From contig NC_134031.1 of the NCBI RefSeq assembly GCF_964204645.1, positions 11,844,088 to 11,908,087 on the forward strand: 64,000 bases of DNA, in the 5' to 3' direction. Below, piece by piece: positions 21,029 to 34,536 of the stretch (position 1 is the stretch's first letter; the number at the start of each line of letters is the position of its first letter). A program made the translations under genes and the position numbers. A model generated the notes under the pieces. That model did no database searches, had not been told where the DNA came from, and worked only from the letters and a program-made list of their open reading frames with translations. The stretch comes from Tubulanus polymorphus. Its lineage: Eukaryota; Animalia; Nemertea.

Positions 21029-24000
21029 TTAACACGTTAGAATTCTTTTCATTATCTCGTTCTCTTTTGTTTCTTCTCTTTTAAATTTTAAGTATTCATC
21101 TAAATTACAACCATAAGCAACTGTATGAATTCCATCATCTAAAATATATCTTTTATCATCAAATGGGTTTAGACTTATCTTTTCAATTTCTTCAATAAAC
21201 ATTTCATGATATTCAGATCTTAAACATCTCATCTTATGTTTTCTAACTTCTTCATTGAATATACAATTTATGTAATCTTTGAAATGAATATTCTTTTCTA
21301 CTACACTTTTGGTTATTCCTTTTAACTTTTTAGCTTCATGTTCTTTAGTTTTATATGAATACATTTTAGATCTAATACCGATGAATTCAATCATTTCTTC
21401 ACCACCTAATTCATCTTTGAATTTACCGGGAACTTTTTTATTATCATTGCTAAACAATTCATGATCTTTAGGATAGTTACTAAAATCAAAATGATGTTTT
21501 AATGTTTTTAAATCATCAGTTATGTTATCAGTTTTTATCTTTAATATGTAAGAATCTGTATCAAAATATAATATTTCTATATGTTTTTCTCCAAAAAGTG
21601 GTTGTAATACATTATAATAGAATTCATACATTAGTAATTTTGATAATTCTAAAACTGAAGCGCCAACATAGATTGGTGTATTAAATTTCATTGATGTTCT
21701 TCTCATTTTAACTGCAGCTAAATTTTCATCAAATATTCTGTTACCAATGAACTTAGGATATGATTGTAAATGCCTTATCCTTTTACCATTACTGACTAAC
21801 TCAATATCATTTCTATTTCTAATATTTTCACAAGTCTTACCATAGAATGCATTATTCATTAACTTGAAGAAATCTTTTTCGAAATCAGTTTTAGCTTCAG
21901 TTCTCTGTTTGGTGTTAAAATCTATATATTTTTCCAACCATTTAGATTGACTAAATGAAATATATCTATGTACTTTTTTTAGGATCATTCCTTGTTTTAG
22001 ATAAAACTTCAACATTCTATAATGTACTACATAATTATATTTATCTTCCTGAGTTACCATTAACTTTTCTGTAAGAATATGATTTTCGGGTTTAATTCTT
22101 TTTTGGTAATTTGATAATTCTTCATGAGTTACAGTTTTATGTTCGGGACAGTTAGCTAGATTTCTAGATTTAAATTTAATATGTTCAGGATATTCTAAAT
22201 CTACAACAAAGAAGTAACCAGTATCTGAATCATCTGCAATATCTAGGATTCTTTTCTTCCAATCAAATTCATCATTATTTTCAGTCTGTAAAACTTCACT
22301 TATTTCAAATACTCCATAAGGTTGTGGTTCCATCATTGCCCAACCATACAAATTATTTGCATCTATATATAATAACTTATATCCGGGGTTATCATTTACA
22401 TTGAAATATCTATCACCTAATACACCCGGAACTCCTCCTCTTATAGATTTTTCAAATAATAATAATTGATCTATATTTGTTAACAAATCCATTTTTATAT
22501 CTGTAAATTTTAATCCACAATCCCATGTTAATCCTGGTGATGAATAACAATGACAAGGATCAATATTGAAATATTTTAGGTTTACATCTCTAAACCTTTC
22601 GAATATATCGGTTAATAATAATACATCTGATTTTAAATATAAATCTACTAATTGCCCATGATTTTCTATTTTGAAATGATTCCAAATATTCAATGTTCTA
22701 TTATAGACTTCATCTTTAACATATTCATTTTTTAATTCATCATAGAATTGTTCTTTCAATAATTCAGTTATGTTAAAATCATTATGATTTTTATAGAAAG
22801 AATATGGAATTGCTCCTTTATATCTCATTAATTTAAAATCATCATTATTTGGGTAATATTCTTTTAATATCTTTAATTCATCATCAACTAATGATTTTGA
22901 TAAGTTATCTAATGAACTATTTAAAAATCTATATGAATCTATAAATCTTAGGCAACCAAATTGGAATGATATATAATTCTCAGGTGTTTTAGCTAACATT
23001 CTAAATTTATAAGTTGGTATTTTATCTTTTGATCTATTTGAATTTAATATTTCTATTTCATTATTGATTTCTTCTATTTTATGGCATAACTGTTTGATGA
23101 ATAAATGTGCATCATATCCTGATAGATTATGAAATATAACTGGTATAAAGTTAATTTTCTTAGCTTGTAAGTTACAATTCTCATGTGCGGCGCCCCTAAA
23201 CTTTCCATTCAAATGATCATGGTCTCTTACTTTTTTATCTTTATAATTAAATATCTTTTCACAATAATAACATTTACCTGCAAACGCAAATTCTTCTTTA
23301 TCTTCTTCTGTCATCATAATTTCTATATTTTTATTTAACTTTTCATTAAATTTTATTTCATATTCAATTAATAAGTCACAAAAATGATTGATAACATTTT
23401 CATTTCTATAATGATAATATTCACTTTCAATTAGTTCTGGATAATCAGATTTTATATATAACCCGAAAGCAGCAGCTGATTGATGAATCTTTTTAATAGT
23501 ATTTGTTTTTGGTGGTTCATCTGAAAAATCATTTTCATTAGAATTTAATTTCTTTCTTTTATAATATATTTCTTTTTTATCTTGATCAGTTAATTCTTTA
23601 TTTAATGATTCAAAATCTCCATATATAACAAATGGTACTTTATTTTTGTAATCATATTTTTTGAATTCTAATATTTTATCTTTTTCATTTGGTAAAACTA
23701 ATTTACAATAATCATGATTTTCACATAATTGTTTATGATTTAATAACGTACTTTCATTACTGAATCTATGTAAACATTTTCTACAAAGATATATTTTATG
23801 GTGATCATTTTCTGATTTAAAAAATAAATCGATTTGTTTAATCTACATATAATGATTCTCATAATATAGTATATCTATAACATCGTTTGAATCATAATCT
23901 TTTGATAGATATAAAGGTTCTAATGTATAATGTTTTATGTTGTTACCTTTTGTATTTGGTAATTTGATTAAATCAAATACATTTATCTTTATATTATTAT

Positions 24001-25067
24001 CTCTTTCTTTTTTTGGGATGTTTTTAATTCTAACAGGATACTTATCTATCTTATAATTATTTTCAAATGGTTTATAATGAGTTAATCTAAAACTATGTGT
24101 AATATCTTCTGTTTGGGTGTAAACAACTTATTATAGCCCATAGAAAACATTTATCATCTTCATTTTGTACATTTATTACAGCATTAGTTTTAAATGGTAG
24201 TTTGATATAACTCGATGCTTCAATATCTGGTTCTTTATAATATGATACATTATTTTCATCGATTGGTTTTGATTTCGTTAACTTATTATATTTTGTGTTA
24301 TAAACATGTAAAGTCATAAATATTATTTCATCAAATATTAAACCAGATCCTTCAAAATATTTCTCTTATATTTTAGTTTTAACTTCATTATAACATTTAT
24401 CTAATTTATCATCTATATGTTGTTTTGAAATAATATGTTGTGAATGAGAATTTATATTATAAATTGGTTTATCTTCAGATTTTATAAACTTTACTTTAAC
24501 TGATATACTTATTTTAGGATATTCAACATCAGTAATTATTTTTATAATATTTTTAATATTTTCTAAATGTTTTTTATTTTCTTCTAATGTTTTTCCTTTA
24601 TGAAATTTAAACTCGATAGCTGCTGGACCAATATCACTTTTAAATGCTTCGGTTATCTCTATATCTTTTTTATTATCTAATGAATTAATATAATTTCTTA
24701 CATCTTCCATGTATGGTCTTTTATTGTTTAATTTATTTCTTATTCTTTTAATTGTCTTATGTTTCTTATCATTATCTTTATCAAAATAATCTTCACCTAA
24801 AATATCATTATTCTTATTTCTAATATGACTTTTAGATTTTAAATGTTCATTATAATACCTTTTATCACTGAATGATTGATTACATGTATCACATTTGTAT
24901 GTTTCTTTTTCATTCTTTAATTCATCTAATTTAGTTTCTAATATATCATCTTCATATTCTAGTTTCAATTTATTCTCTAAATGTGTTTTAGTTTTATTGT
25001 GTCTTGCTTTTTGGGATTTATCTACATTGATATTACATGTTGGACAGTAGTACTTATTTGCTTCCAT
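21029..25067 (-). pseudogene. polB: Protein-primed DNA polymerase B, intein-free; N-terminal part has a stop and a frameshift
   Basis: ORFs 24366-25067, 24093-24317 and 21029-23317; YIDANNLYG, KLMNNAFYGK, uninterrupted YFDTDS, SKMY. Confidence 0.95.
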
Positions 25068-25554
25068 TTTAATACTAAATTTTTTATTAAAATTGATTTT
25101 AGAAGTTCAATGATTTAAATGTTATTTATTTATATGAATATTTTAAGAGTAATAGGGGTAATGGGCTTTCAGGTTAAAGGTTGAATGGTCGAGTTCATTA
25201 AAAAACAAAACATTAAAAGTAATTAAAAACTATAATATATTTTCATAACCGTGTGCATTTCAGTTGAATAATAGAATAATTATTATTATTTGAATATATT
25301 TGATTATATGAATTTGTGTATTGTAAATAAATCAATTGGTCGCGGAGCGGAGCGGTAGCGAAGTGGAGCGACCAATTGATTTATTTACAATATGCTTTTT
25401 AAATTATTGATATCTTAGAATAAATATTTAGTTTTAATATAAAATGCACGCGGTTATGAAAATATATTATAGTTTTTAATTACTTTTAATGTTTTGTTTT
25501 TTAATGAGCTCGACCGTTCGACCTTTGGTATGAAAGCCCATTACCCCTATTACT
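24954..25554. repeat. ~600-bp TIR, near-identical to 46930-47527; outer 407 bp (25148-25554) form an imperfect palindrome
   Basis: Direct comparison; identity stops exactly after CCCCTATTACT in both copies. Confidence 0.93.
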
Positions 25555-25812
25555 CGCATTAACACATTTGTTAGTGGGCTGCAGCCGTTAGTACAGGGCC
25601 TGTAATTATCAAAACCACTAGTTTTAAAATCCTACCTAAATTACTAATTACCACTTTAATTTCGGTGTGACTATTTCCTGTCAAAGTTGCCTGTTTAGAA
25701 TCTTGACCCAAGCAAATCGAATTAAGTACTAGCACTAAAACCCTAATTTGTCATTGTTTCTGCAATTGTTTACCGATACAGTCTACAGTATTGCCTTTGT
25801 CGTTTCAGCCTA

Positions 25813-26619
25813 TTGTATACGGTACACGCTAGCCACGTAGGAGGGTTTCATGTATACGAATACGACGACGATGCTAAGGAGATTATTAAAGAAAATTGGG
25901 CAAAAACGCAGGACTTTCTTGAGGCCAATCACTACAAAAATCCATATCTTTCGGCAGTTCATAGCAAAGCCAAAGGACAGTTACAAAGAATGGCTATGGT
26001 CTTGCAAGCAACGAACGACGCTGCAACATTGTTGAGTCAAGTAGAGTGCGGCAAATCTTTGGACGATGTGTTCGTCCGACAAATCGACGATCTACTGAAA
26101 TTACAAAACAATGAAACTGTGACCGTTTTCAAATCAGAACAGAAATATGAGGCGTTTATTCACGTGATTACCAAGGAAACAGCTGTACGCGCACTCCGAT
26201 TAATCAATCACATGATCACGCACAAACAGTTCTTGTCAGGAATTATCGATAATGCGGGCGGTGATTTAAACGTGGTGCCGTCACGCCTGGCTACAAAAAT
26301 ACTCCTTACACTAGGAGAATTAGTTACCGCCTCCTACATTGTCAATCGTATGCGAATGCCCAGCGAAACTGTGCAGGCGGAATTTTCGCGTTTGAAGGAT
26401 ATCGGATTGGGTGTTTTGGAGCACAGAAAACCGGCTCGCGGTGGTCGAGTCAGCCTTATCTTCCGAAAGGTCAATTATCGCACCCTCGACCATGAGGCGC
26501 GCGCTAACGTCTATCGAATATTACGTTCGCTGGCAATTCCTACCCAATCGTTTCTGGATAATCTCGGTGCTGCAGCACAAAAACGAAAACCCGAAGATGA
26601 TGAGATCGCTGATGACTAA
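25813..26619 (+). CDS. ORF or exon resembling the C-terminal part of DUF3987-like proteins (lid helices plus winged helix)
   Basis: SKAKGQLQRMAMVLQ, ITKETAVRALRL, terminal LKDIGLG...GR..LIFRK. No clear ATG; family assignment is by recollection. Confidence 0.4.
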   Translation: MYTVHASHVGGFHVYEYDDDAKEIIKENWAKTQDFLEANHYKNPYLSAVHSKAKGQLQRMAMVLQATNDAATLLSQVECGKSLDDVFVRQIDDLLKLQNNETVTVFKSEQKYEAFIHVITKETAVRALRLINHMITHKQFLSGIIDNAGGDLNVVPSRLATKILLTLGELVTASYIVNRMRMPSETVQAEFSRLKDIGLGVLEHRKPARGGRVSLIFRKVNYRTLDHEARANVYRILRSLAIPTQSFLDNLGAAAQKRKPEDDEIADD

Positions 26620-27391
26620 AACCTACGTAGCTAAAACTAACCAACGTACTCGCGTCTGAACTGATTTTTAATTTCTGTTATTGTATGCAGGGAAGTGTGA
26701 TGAGATGGAATACGGACGCTTTTAATTGCCGGATGTAGGCTATTCAATTCAGCCCGTACATCAAAGGTTACCGCAACAGCAGTAAGCTACGCTTATCGAG
26801 TGTGTGTTACCAGCTGAACACCAGTCAACATCAACTTTGATTCGGTCGCAGAACAACCCGCAATAGTTTTAGCCCGATAAATGTTCTGCGATCGATACTA
26901 CGCATGCGCACTGCAGCTCATTGAACAACGTGGAAGTGGCTCTGTATACACATATTTTTCTTTAGAAAATCGGTTGAAATTCAACAATTTCTCGTAAAAT
27001 TTGTCCAAAAAGGTATGAATTTTTATTCTTCTATATCTCCGAAACCCGGTATCGGAACATTAAGTATTTATATTGTGATTAAAGTCTGTTTTTATGTGTT
27101 AAACATATGTTTTTGCCAGTTCGTTCCGATTCCGGGTTTAGCGTTATTTGGGCCTTGAGGATGTCAAATATTTCGGCCCAGACTCGCGCAGCTTTCGTTT
27201 CTGACGTCATGTTGCTATGTTACGACACAAACATATACACGAAGTATGATCTTTAAAATGTGTATTTACTACATAATAATGTTACTTAATAACGCTTACA
27301 TTAGGCCTACAAATTATTGTCCCCCATATAAACCAAGTTGCCTAAATAGCATCAGCAATCTCATTTAATTAACCTTTTCTTGTTTTTAGTC

Positions 27392-27724
27392 ATGGATGTT
27401 TGTCGATTGTGTGGAAAAAATGCGAAACCTCCGGATCGTCGTCATATCGATAAAAATAATTTCAAAAGCCATGTGAAGGAGTTGTTCAACATTGATTTTG
27501 ATGATGATACTGAACAGTACCCGATATATATCTGTTATATGTGTCGTGTCAAATTACAAAAATGGCGTAAGAACAAAAACGTTAAAAAAACTGTCCCTGT
27601 GACTATCAAATTAAAACAATGGACATGTAAACCACTGGTCAATTCCAAGTCTGGACGGCGACGTATTTGTAGTCAAAATTTTATTGATCGATTTTCCATA
27701 ATGTACTGCTGCCATTCCATTTGA
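27392..27724 (+). CDS. Zn-binding domain fragment similar to the RAG1/Chapaev N-terminal (ZAD-like) region
   Basis: CRLCG...FNIDFDDD.EQYP.YICYMC; ATG follows a polypyrimidine-AG acceptor. Confidence 0.45.
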   Translation: MDVCRLCGKNAKPPDRRHIDKNNFKSHVKELFNIDFDDDTEQYPIYICYMCRVKLQKWRKNKNVKKTVPVTIKLKQWTCKPLVNSKSGRRRICSQNFIDRFSIMYCCHSI

Positions 27725-28720
27725 ACTGAATTTAAATACTCGATGGTTAATCACTTCAGTCATAGCCTTTTCCAAATATATAGTGTTCCTGCGAAGATAA
27801 TAATAATGATTATTATTTTAACATGTACTTATCTGGATTTTTTATATTATGTTTATATATTATTTTCTGTATTCGTTTATTATTTTATAACCTAAAAGGA
27901 TTGTATTGATTATAAAAATAAATTTTAAAAAATACCTGTATGTGTGTTTTCTCGTGTTCAGATCGCAGTCTCTGGTCAGCTGAGCCTGAGAAGTACCTAT
28001 ATGAAAAAGAAAAGGAAAGAATAAAGTGCCTGCAATTAGGTGGAAACTATTCCGATATTTCATTGATTCAAAAGGAATAACACTCACTAGAATCGGCCGA
28101 ATTAGTTGATCCTGATCCAGAGGATTCCCGTAATATTTCCGTATCGATCTGAACCAATTCGTCACTATCAAAGAATAGATCGTCAAAATCGTCATCATTT
28201 ATAATTTCGTTGACAACCGTTGCCATTTTAATACAGTGGAAAGAACCGATATCACGATTGATAAAACACTATATCCGTCTGAAGCGATGTAGAGAGAATC
28301 CCACAATGATAACGAAAAAGTCCAAAAATGTTAGTAGTTTATTCAACGTTTCGTCTATGTCCTAATAGTCATCTTCAGAAATAATGAATAATACAGAAAT
28401 TATGAGAGATATATACAATCCAGAGACAAAGAGACTCTCATCACACTTCCCTGTTGTATGTAACTCTTGTCACTATAAAATTCTATAGAACATCATTAAT
28501 ATCCGTCTGAACTGTTTTTAACGCATTGTATATATCGTATGTATTCATATCTTATTTCATGTTATATATCATCGATTTTCGCTTTAATCAAATACCCGAA
28601 ATAAATGAAACAATACTTATCAAAACATTTCTTTAAAATCTTGTTTCGTTCAATGGTCTGACTACTGAATGTTTATACCGAACAATTGAAGGACCTCGAC
28701 GACAGCTAATCAGGCGAACG

Positions 28721-29093
28721 ACAGCGCCACCTACTTAAAACCGAACGACGGCGATATCGGCAATGTTTAAGACACGCGGAGACAGCTCTTGCAGCGCCAC
28801 CTACTTAAAACCGAACGACGGCGATATCGGCAATGTTTAAGACACGCGGAGACAGCTCTTGCAGCGCTACCTACTTAAAACCGAACGACGGCGATATCGG
28901 CAATGTTTAAGACTGGACACACTGACCATAAAACAAAACTTTACGATAGCGCCACCTACTTAAAACCGAACGACGGCGATATCGGCAATGTTTAAGACAC
29001 GCGGAGACAGCTCTTGCAGCGCCACCTACTTGAAACCGAACGACGGCGATATCGGCAATGTTTAAGACTGAACACACTGAACATAAAACAAAA
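28721..29093. repeat. 70-bp tandem repeat, 5 copies with two linker types
   Basis: AGCGCCACCTACTTAAAACCGAACGACGGCGATATCGGCAATGTTTAAGAC near 28721, 28791, 28861, 28946 and 29016. Confidence 0.95.
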
Positions 29094-29243
29094 ATGAACT
29101 CAAAACATATGCGCCATCTATCTAGTAACATGTGACGAACACTTTATTAACATACATCCAGAAAAAGTAGTTCCAACAGACATGCGAGATGTAATACAGT
29201 AGACAATTATAAATTTGGTGTGTAAGGTATAGTAAAGGTGCAC

Positions 29244-30116
29244 CTTGTCGCCCGCAAAAATTCAATATTTTGGTTTTATCGCCAGCGACAATTCATTATT
29301 TTGGTTTTGTCGCTCGCGATAATTCTTCTTTTTGGTTTTGCCGCCCGCGACAATTCATCATTTTGGTTTTATATTTTGTTTTTGTCGCGCGCGACAATTT
29401 TTTTTTTGTTTTCTCGCCCGCGACAATTCAATATTTTGGTTTTATCGCCTGCGATAATTCATTATTTTGGTTTTGTCGCCCGAGACAATTCATTATTTTG
29501 GTTTTATCGCCGGCGACAATTCATTATTACGGTTTTATCGCCCGCGACAATTCATTATTTTGGTTTTGTCGCCCGCGACAATTCACCATTTTCGTTTTGT
29601 CACCTGCGACAATTCATTATTTTGGTTTTATCGCCCGCGACAATTCATTATTTTGGTTTTATCGCCCGCGACAATTCATTATTTTGGTTTTATCGCCCGC
29701 GACAATTCATTATTTTGGTTTTGTCGCCCCGACAATTCTTTTTTTGGTTTTGTCGCCCGCGACAATTCATTAGTTTGGTTTTGTCGCCCGCAACAATTCA
29801 ATATTTTGGTTTTGTCGCCCGCGACAATTCAATATTTTGGTTTTATCGCCCGCGACAATTCAATATTTTGGTTTTATCGCCCGGGATAATTCATTATTTT
29901 GGTTTTATCGCCCAAGACAATTCATCATTTTGGTTTTATCGCCCGCGACAATTCATTATTTTGGTTTTGTCGCCCGCGACAATTCACCATTTTGGTTTTG
30001 TCGCCTGGACAATTCACCATTTTGGTTTTGTCGCCCGCGGCAATTCATTATTTTGGTTTTGTTGCCCCCACAATTCTTTCTTTGGTTTTATCGCCCGCGA
30101 CAATTCATTAGTTTGC
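29244..30116. repeat. 32-bp minisatellite, about 27 copies
   Basis: Unit TTTTGGTTTT(A/G)TCGCCCGCGACAATTCATTAT. Confidence 0.97.
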
Positions 30117-32761
30117 TATTAGAATTCAAAAAATATGATTACAAAAATAAAGTACCATTTGTTATATATGGAGATTTTGAATCATTAAATAAAGAATTAA
30201 CTGATCAAGATAAAAAAGAAATATATTATAAAAGAAAGAAATTAAATTCTAATGAAAATGATTTTTCAGATGAACCACCAAAAACAAATACTATTAAAAA
30301 GATTCATCAATCAGCTGCTGCTTTCGGGTTATATATAAAATCTGATTATCCAGAACTAATTGAAAGTGAATATTATCATTATAGAAATGAAAATGTTATC
30401 AATCATTTTTGTGACTTATTAATTGAATATGAAATAAAATTTAATGAAAAGTTAAATAAAAATATAGAAATTATAATGACAGAAGAAGATAAAGAAGAAT
30501 TTGCGTTTGCAGGTAAATGTTATTATTGTGAAAAGATATTTAATTATAAAGATAAAAAAGTAAGAGACCATGATCATTTGAATGGAAAGTTTAGGGGCGC
30601 CGCACATGAGAATTGTAACTTACAAGCTAAGAAAATTAACTTTATACCAGTTATATTTCATAATCTATCAGGATATGATGCACATTTATTCATCAAACAG
30701 TTATGCCATAAAATAGAAGAAATCAATAATGAAATAGAAATATTAAATTCAAATAGATCAAAAGATAAAATACCAACTTATAAATTTAGAATGTTAGCTA
30801 AAACACCTGAGAATTATATATCATTCCAATTTGGTTGCCTAAGATTTATAGATTCATATAGATTTTTAAATAGTTCATTAGATAACTTATCAAAATCATT
30901 AGTTGATGATGAATTAAAGATATTAAAAGAATATTACCCAAATAATGATGATTTTAAATTAATGAGATATAAAGGAGCAATTCCATATTCTTTCTATAAA
31001 AATCATAATGATTTTAACATAACTGAATTATTGAAAGAACAATTCTATGATGAATTAAAAAATGAATATGTTAAAGATGAAGTCTATAATAGAACATTGA
31101 ATATTTGGAATCATTTCAAAATAGAAAATCATGGGCAATTAGTAGATTTATATTTAAAATCAGATGTATTATTATTAACCGATATATTCGAAAGGTTTAG
31201 AGATGTAAACCTAAAATATTTCAATATTGATCCTTGTCATTGTTATTCATCACCAGGATTAACATGGGATTGTGGATTAAAATTTACAGATATAAAAATG
31301 GATTTGTTAACAAGTATAGATCAATTATTATTATTTGAAAAATCTATAAGAGGAGGAGTTTCAGGTGTATTAGGTGATAGATATTTCAATGTAAATGATA
31401 ACCCTGGATATAAGTTATTATATATAGATGCAAATAATTTGTATGGTTGGGCAATGATGGAACCACAACCTTATGGAGTATTTGAAATAAGTGAAGTTTT
31501 ACAACGTGAAAATAATGATGAATTTGATTGGAAGAAAAGAATCCTAGATATTGCAGATGATTCAGATACTGGTTACTTCTTTGTTGTAGATTTAGAATAT
31601 CCTGAACATATTAAATTTAAATCTAGAAATCTAGCTAACTGTCCCGAACATAAAACTGTAACTCATGAAGAATTATCAAATTACCAAAAAAGAATTAAAC
31701 CCGAAAATCATATTCTTACAGAAAAGTTAATGGTAACTCAGGAAGATAAATATAATTATGTAGTACATTATAGAATGTTGAAGTTTTATCTAAAACAAGG
31801 AATGATCCTAAAAAAAGTACATAGATATATTTCATTTAGTCAATCTAAATGGTTGGAAAAATATATAGATTTTAACACCAAACAGAGAACTGAAGCTAAA
31901 ACTGATTTCGAAAAAGATTTCTTCAAGTTAATGAATAATGCATTCTATGGTAAGACTTGTGAAAATATTAGAAATAGAAATGATATTGAGTTAGTCAGTA
32001 ATGGTAAAAGGATAAGGCATTTACAATCATATCCTAAGTTCATTGGTAACAGAATATTTGATGAAAATTTAGCTGCAGTTAAAATGAGAAGAACATCAAT
32101 GAAATTTAATAAACCAATCTATGTTGGCGCTTCAGTTTTAGAATTATCAAAATTACTAATGTATGAATTCTATTATAATGTATTACAACCACTTTTTGGA
32201 GAAAAACATATAGAAATATTATATTTTGATACAGATTCTTACATATTAAAGATAAAAACTGATAACATAACTGATGATTTAAAAACATTAAAACATCATT
32301 TTGATTTTAGTAACTATCCTAAAGATCATGAATTGTTTAGCAATGATAATAAAAAAGTTCCCGGTAAATTCAAAGATGAATTAGGTGGTGAAGAAATGAT
32401 TGAATTCATCGGTATTAGATCTAAAATGTATTCATATAAAACTAAAGAACATGAAGCTAAAAAGTTAAAAGGAATAACCAAAAGTGTAGTAGAAAAGAAT
32501 ATTCATTTCAAAGATTACATCAATTGTATATTCAATGAAGAAGTTAGAAAACATAAGATGAGATGTTTAAGATCTGAAGATCATGAAATGTTTATTGAAG
32601 AAATTGAAAAGATAAGTCTAAACCCATTTGATGATAAACGATATATTTTAGATGATGGAATTCATACAGTTGCTTATGGTTGTAATTTAGATGAATACTT
32701 AAAATTTAAAAGAGAAGAAACAAAAGAGAACGAGATAATGAAAAGAATTCTAACGTGTTAA
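30117..32761 (+). pseudogene. polB: pPolB, 5'-truncated, intein-free (YFD|TDS at 32230/32231)
   Basis: Nearly identical to 21029-23673; reading frame open. Confidence 0.95.
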
Positions 32762-32790
32762 TCAAATTTTAATAAAAATATATATTATAA

Positions 32791-33144
32791 ATGGAGAGTA
32801 AACAAGCACACAGTGAGAACAACAAATTATTTCTAGATAGAATAAAAGATACTTCAAATGTCAAATCAGTAGATTATAAATTTAAGAAGTTAAAAGAATT
32901 AATAATCCATAAGAAATATCTAATTACAAATATTGATACAGTAACTAACAAATATGGAGATAAATTAGTTATACACTTAGAACATGAAGGATTAAAAGGA
33001 AATACATATAAATTCAGAACATATTTACCGGATAGATTTCATAGATTATCAAGTGAAGATCTAGAAGAATTATGTTCTGGTGATTTCTATTTCGTATACA
33101 AAGGTAAGAATGAAAAAGGGCACCATGAAATAGATTTCGAATAA
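32791..33144 (+). CDS. 117-aa conserved protein (putative OB-fold SSB)
   Basis: Homologous to 20646-20999. Confidence 0.72.
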   Translation: MESKQAHSENNKLFLDRIKDTSNVKSVDYKFKKLKELIIHKKYLITNIDTVTNKYGDKLVIHLEHEGLKGNTYKFRTYLPDRFHRLSSEDLEELCSGDFYFVYKGKNEKGHHEIDFE

Positions 33145-33161
33145 GAAAATATGTAAAATAA

Positions 33162-33919
33162 ATGGTAGAATTAAAAGAATACAGAATATTTGTTGATTCT
33201 AGAAGGCTTACAAATTATAAATCTCATAATTTACTAGTACAATTAGATAGAGAATTCAAGAATTGTGTAGTTTTAAAATTAGTTAATATAAGTTTATGTA
33301 ATTCTTTTTATAATATATCGGATAAAACTTTTGAACATAGAGGGTTTATGATTTATATGAGAAATAAAGATAAATGGTTTCATATATTTTTAAAACCAGG
33401 ATTATATAATTTAGAATCATAAGCGCAGGAAATTAATAGAAGAGCTCGGTTGAAAATCGGGGGCACTTCTGTATTTGAAATTTAATTTAATAAAATTGAT
33501 AGTACTAATAAAATAAGAATAAAGATATCTAATGAACAACATAAATTTATGGTAAACAAACCACTGGCTAAAATGTTAGGAATTAAACCTCTTACAGTTA
33601 CTGGAAACGCAGAAGGCAGCTCAAATATAATACCTTTTACACACTTTTATATTTATTGCAATTTAATCGCGCCAACAAAAACTTTCGAAGCAACTAAAGA
33701 AACAATTTGTAGTTCTAGTATACTAAATATTTTACCGCTATAAAATGTTAAACAATTTGGAACTCAAATAAATTATAATTTAACAGAATGTGATTTTAAA
33801 CCTTTCATTCCTCAATTTAATAATTTTAAATTAGAAATAAGAAATCACAATGGATATATTTAATTGATTTGAATAACTTTCCTGTAATTTATGAATTAGT
33901 TATAAGATGTAGAGAGTAA
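33162..33919 (+). pseudogene. Minor capsid (penton-like) protein, disrupted
   Basis: ORFs 33162-33422 and 33549-33743 with intervening stops. Confidence 0.65.
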
Positions 33920-33935
33920 TTTTTTCATTATATAA

Positions 33936-34290
33936 ATGAATATAACTGTTGGGCCGAGCATATGTTTTGGATTTGATTTTAAACGTGAGAAAGAAATGAA
34001 ATTTAACGTTAATGATGTAATTACACATATCAAAAATATTGCATTTTCTAATGAAACAACGTTTGAGTATGCAACAACAATAGATAAAGAAACTTTAAAT
34101 GTAGAAAAGATTACTAATTTAAATAGAGAATCTTTAAGATTTTATGAATTAGATGAAGATTTTATCATCGATGATTAAAAAAATAGTAATTGAAATATAT
34201 ACAAATGAAACTAGTAATGAAATAAATGTTGAATTAATTGTAAATAAGATAACTAAATATTTTGATGATAGTAATTTTTTTGATAAATAA
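33936..34290 (+). pseudogene. Acidic ~115-aa protein, interrupted
   Basis: Homologous to 19518-19859; stop at 34176-34178. Confidence 0.65.
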
Positions 34291-34512
34291 ATGAGTGATA
34301 ATAAGTGGATAAAAACTGGATTATATAATGGCGCATTACTATCAGTTGGAAGTGTTGGTTATTCAATGGAATTAAAGAAGGTATTCAAAATGGGAAGTGT
34401 TAATGTTGATAGATTTGATATAAATGATATTTTAAAATTAACATTAGCAATTACTTTATCTAATTTAACTATTGATTATTTAGAAAAACAAAAATATATT
34501 CCTCCCATATAA
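34291..34512 (+). CDS. 73-aa small hydrophobic protein
   Basis: Homologous to 19296-19517. Confidence 0.72.
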   Translation: MSDNKWIKTGLYNGALLSVGSVGYSMELKKVFKMGSVNVDRFDINDILKLTLAITLSNLTIDYLEKQKYIPPI

Positions 34513-34536
34513 ATGCGTAATTATTCTACTAAATAA

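Larger units (their letters stand above)
8796..25554 (-). mobile_element. Polinton-B (pPolB on minus strand); its two termini are different TIR variants
   Basis: AGTAATAGGGG terminus at 8796 and CCCCTATTACT at 25554. Full Polinton gene set, collinear with C in inverted orientation. Confidence 0.9.

Noticed and set aside
25340-25372. AAV-type Rep-binding element (GAGC repeats)
   Set aside because: Spacing is GGAGC rather than tandem GAGC, and no HUH Rep gene is visible.
25148-25554. Independent MITE
   Set aside because: All copies sit at the same position upstream of the same kind of gene start and coincide with the element boundary; the inner flank is shared, not a TSD.
28721-30116. CRISPR array
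   Set aside because: Units are contiguous or have repeated linkers; no unique spacers, no cas genes, eukaryotic context.
29238-30122. Overlapping hydrophobic ORFs of 70-294 aa
   Set aside because: Artefacts of a stop-poor 32-bp repeat.
29837-32761. 974-aa ORF as a real repeat-polymerase fusion protein
   Set aside because: The first ~94 aa are translated minisatellite with a non-ATG start; the true N-terminus is at 23674-25067.
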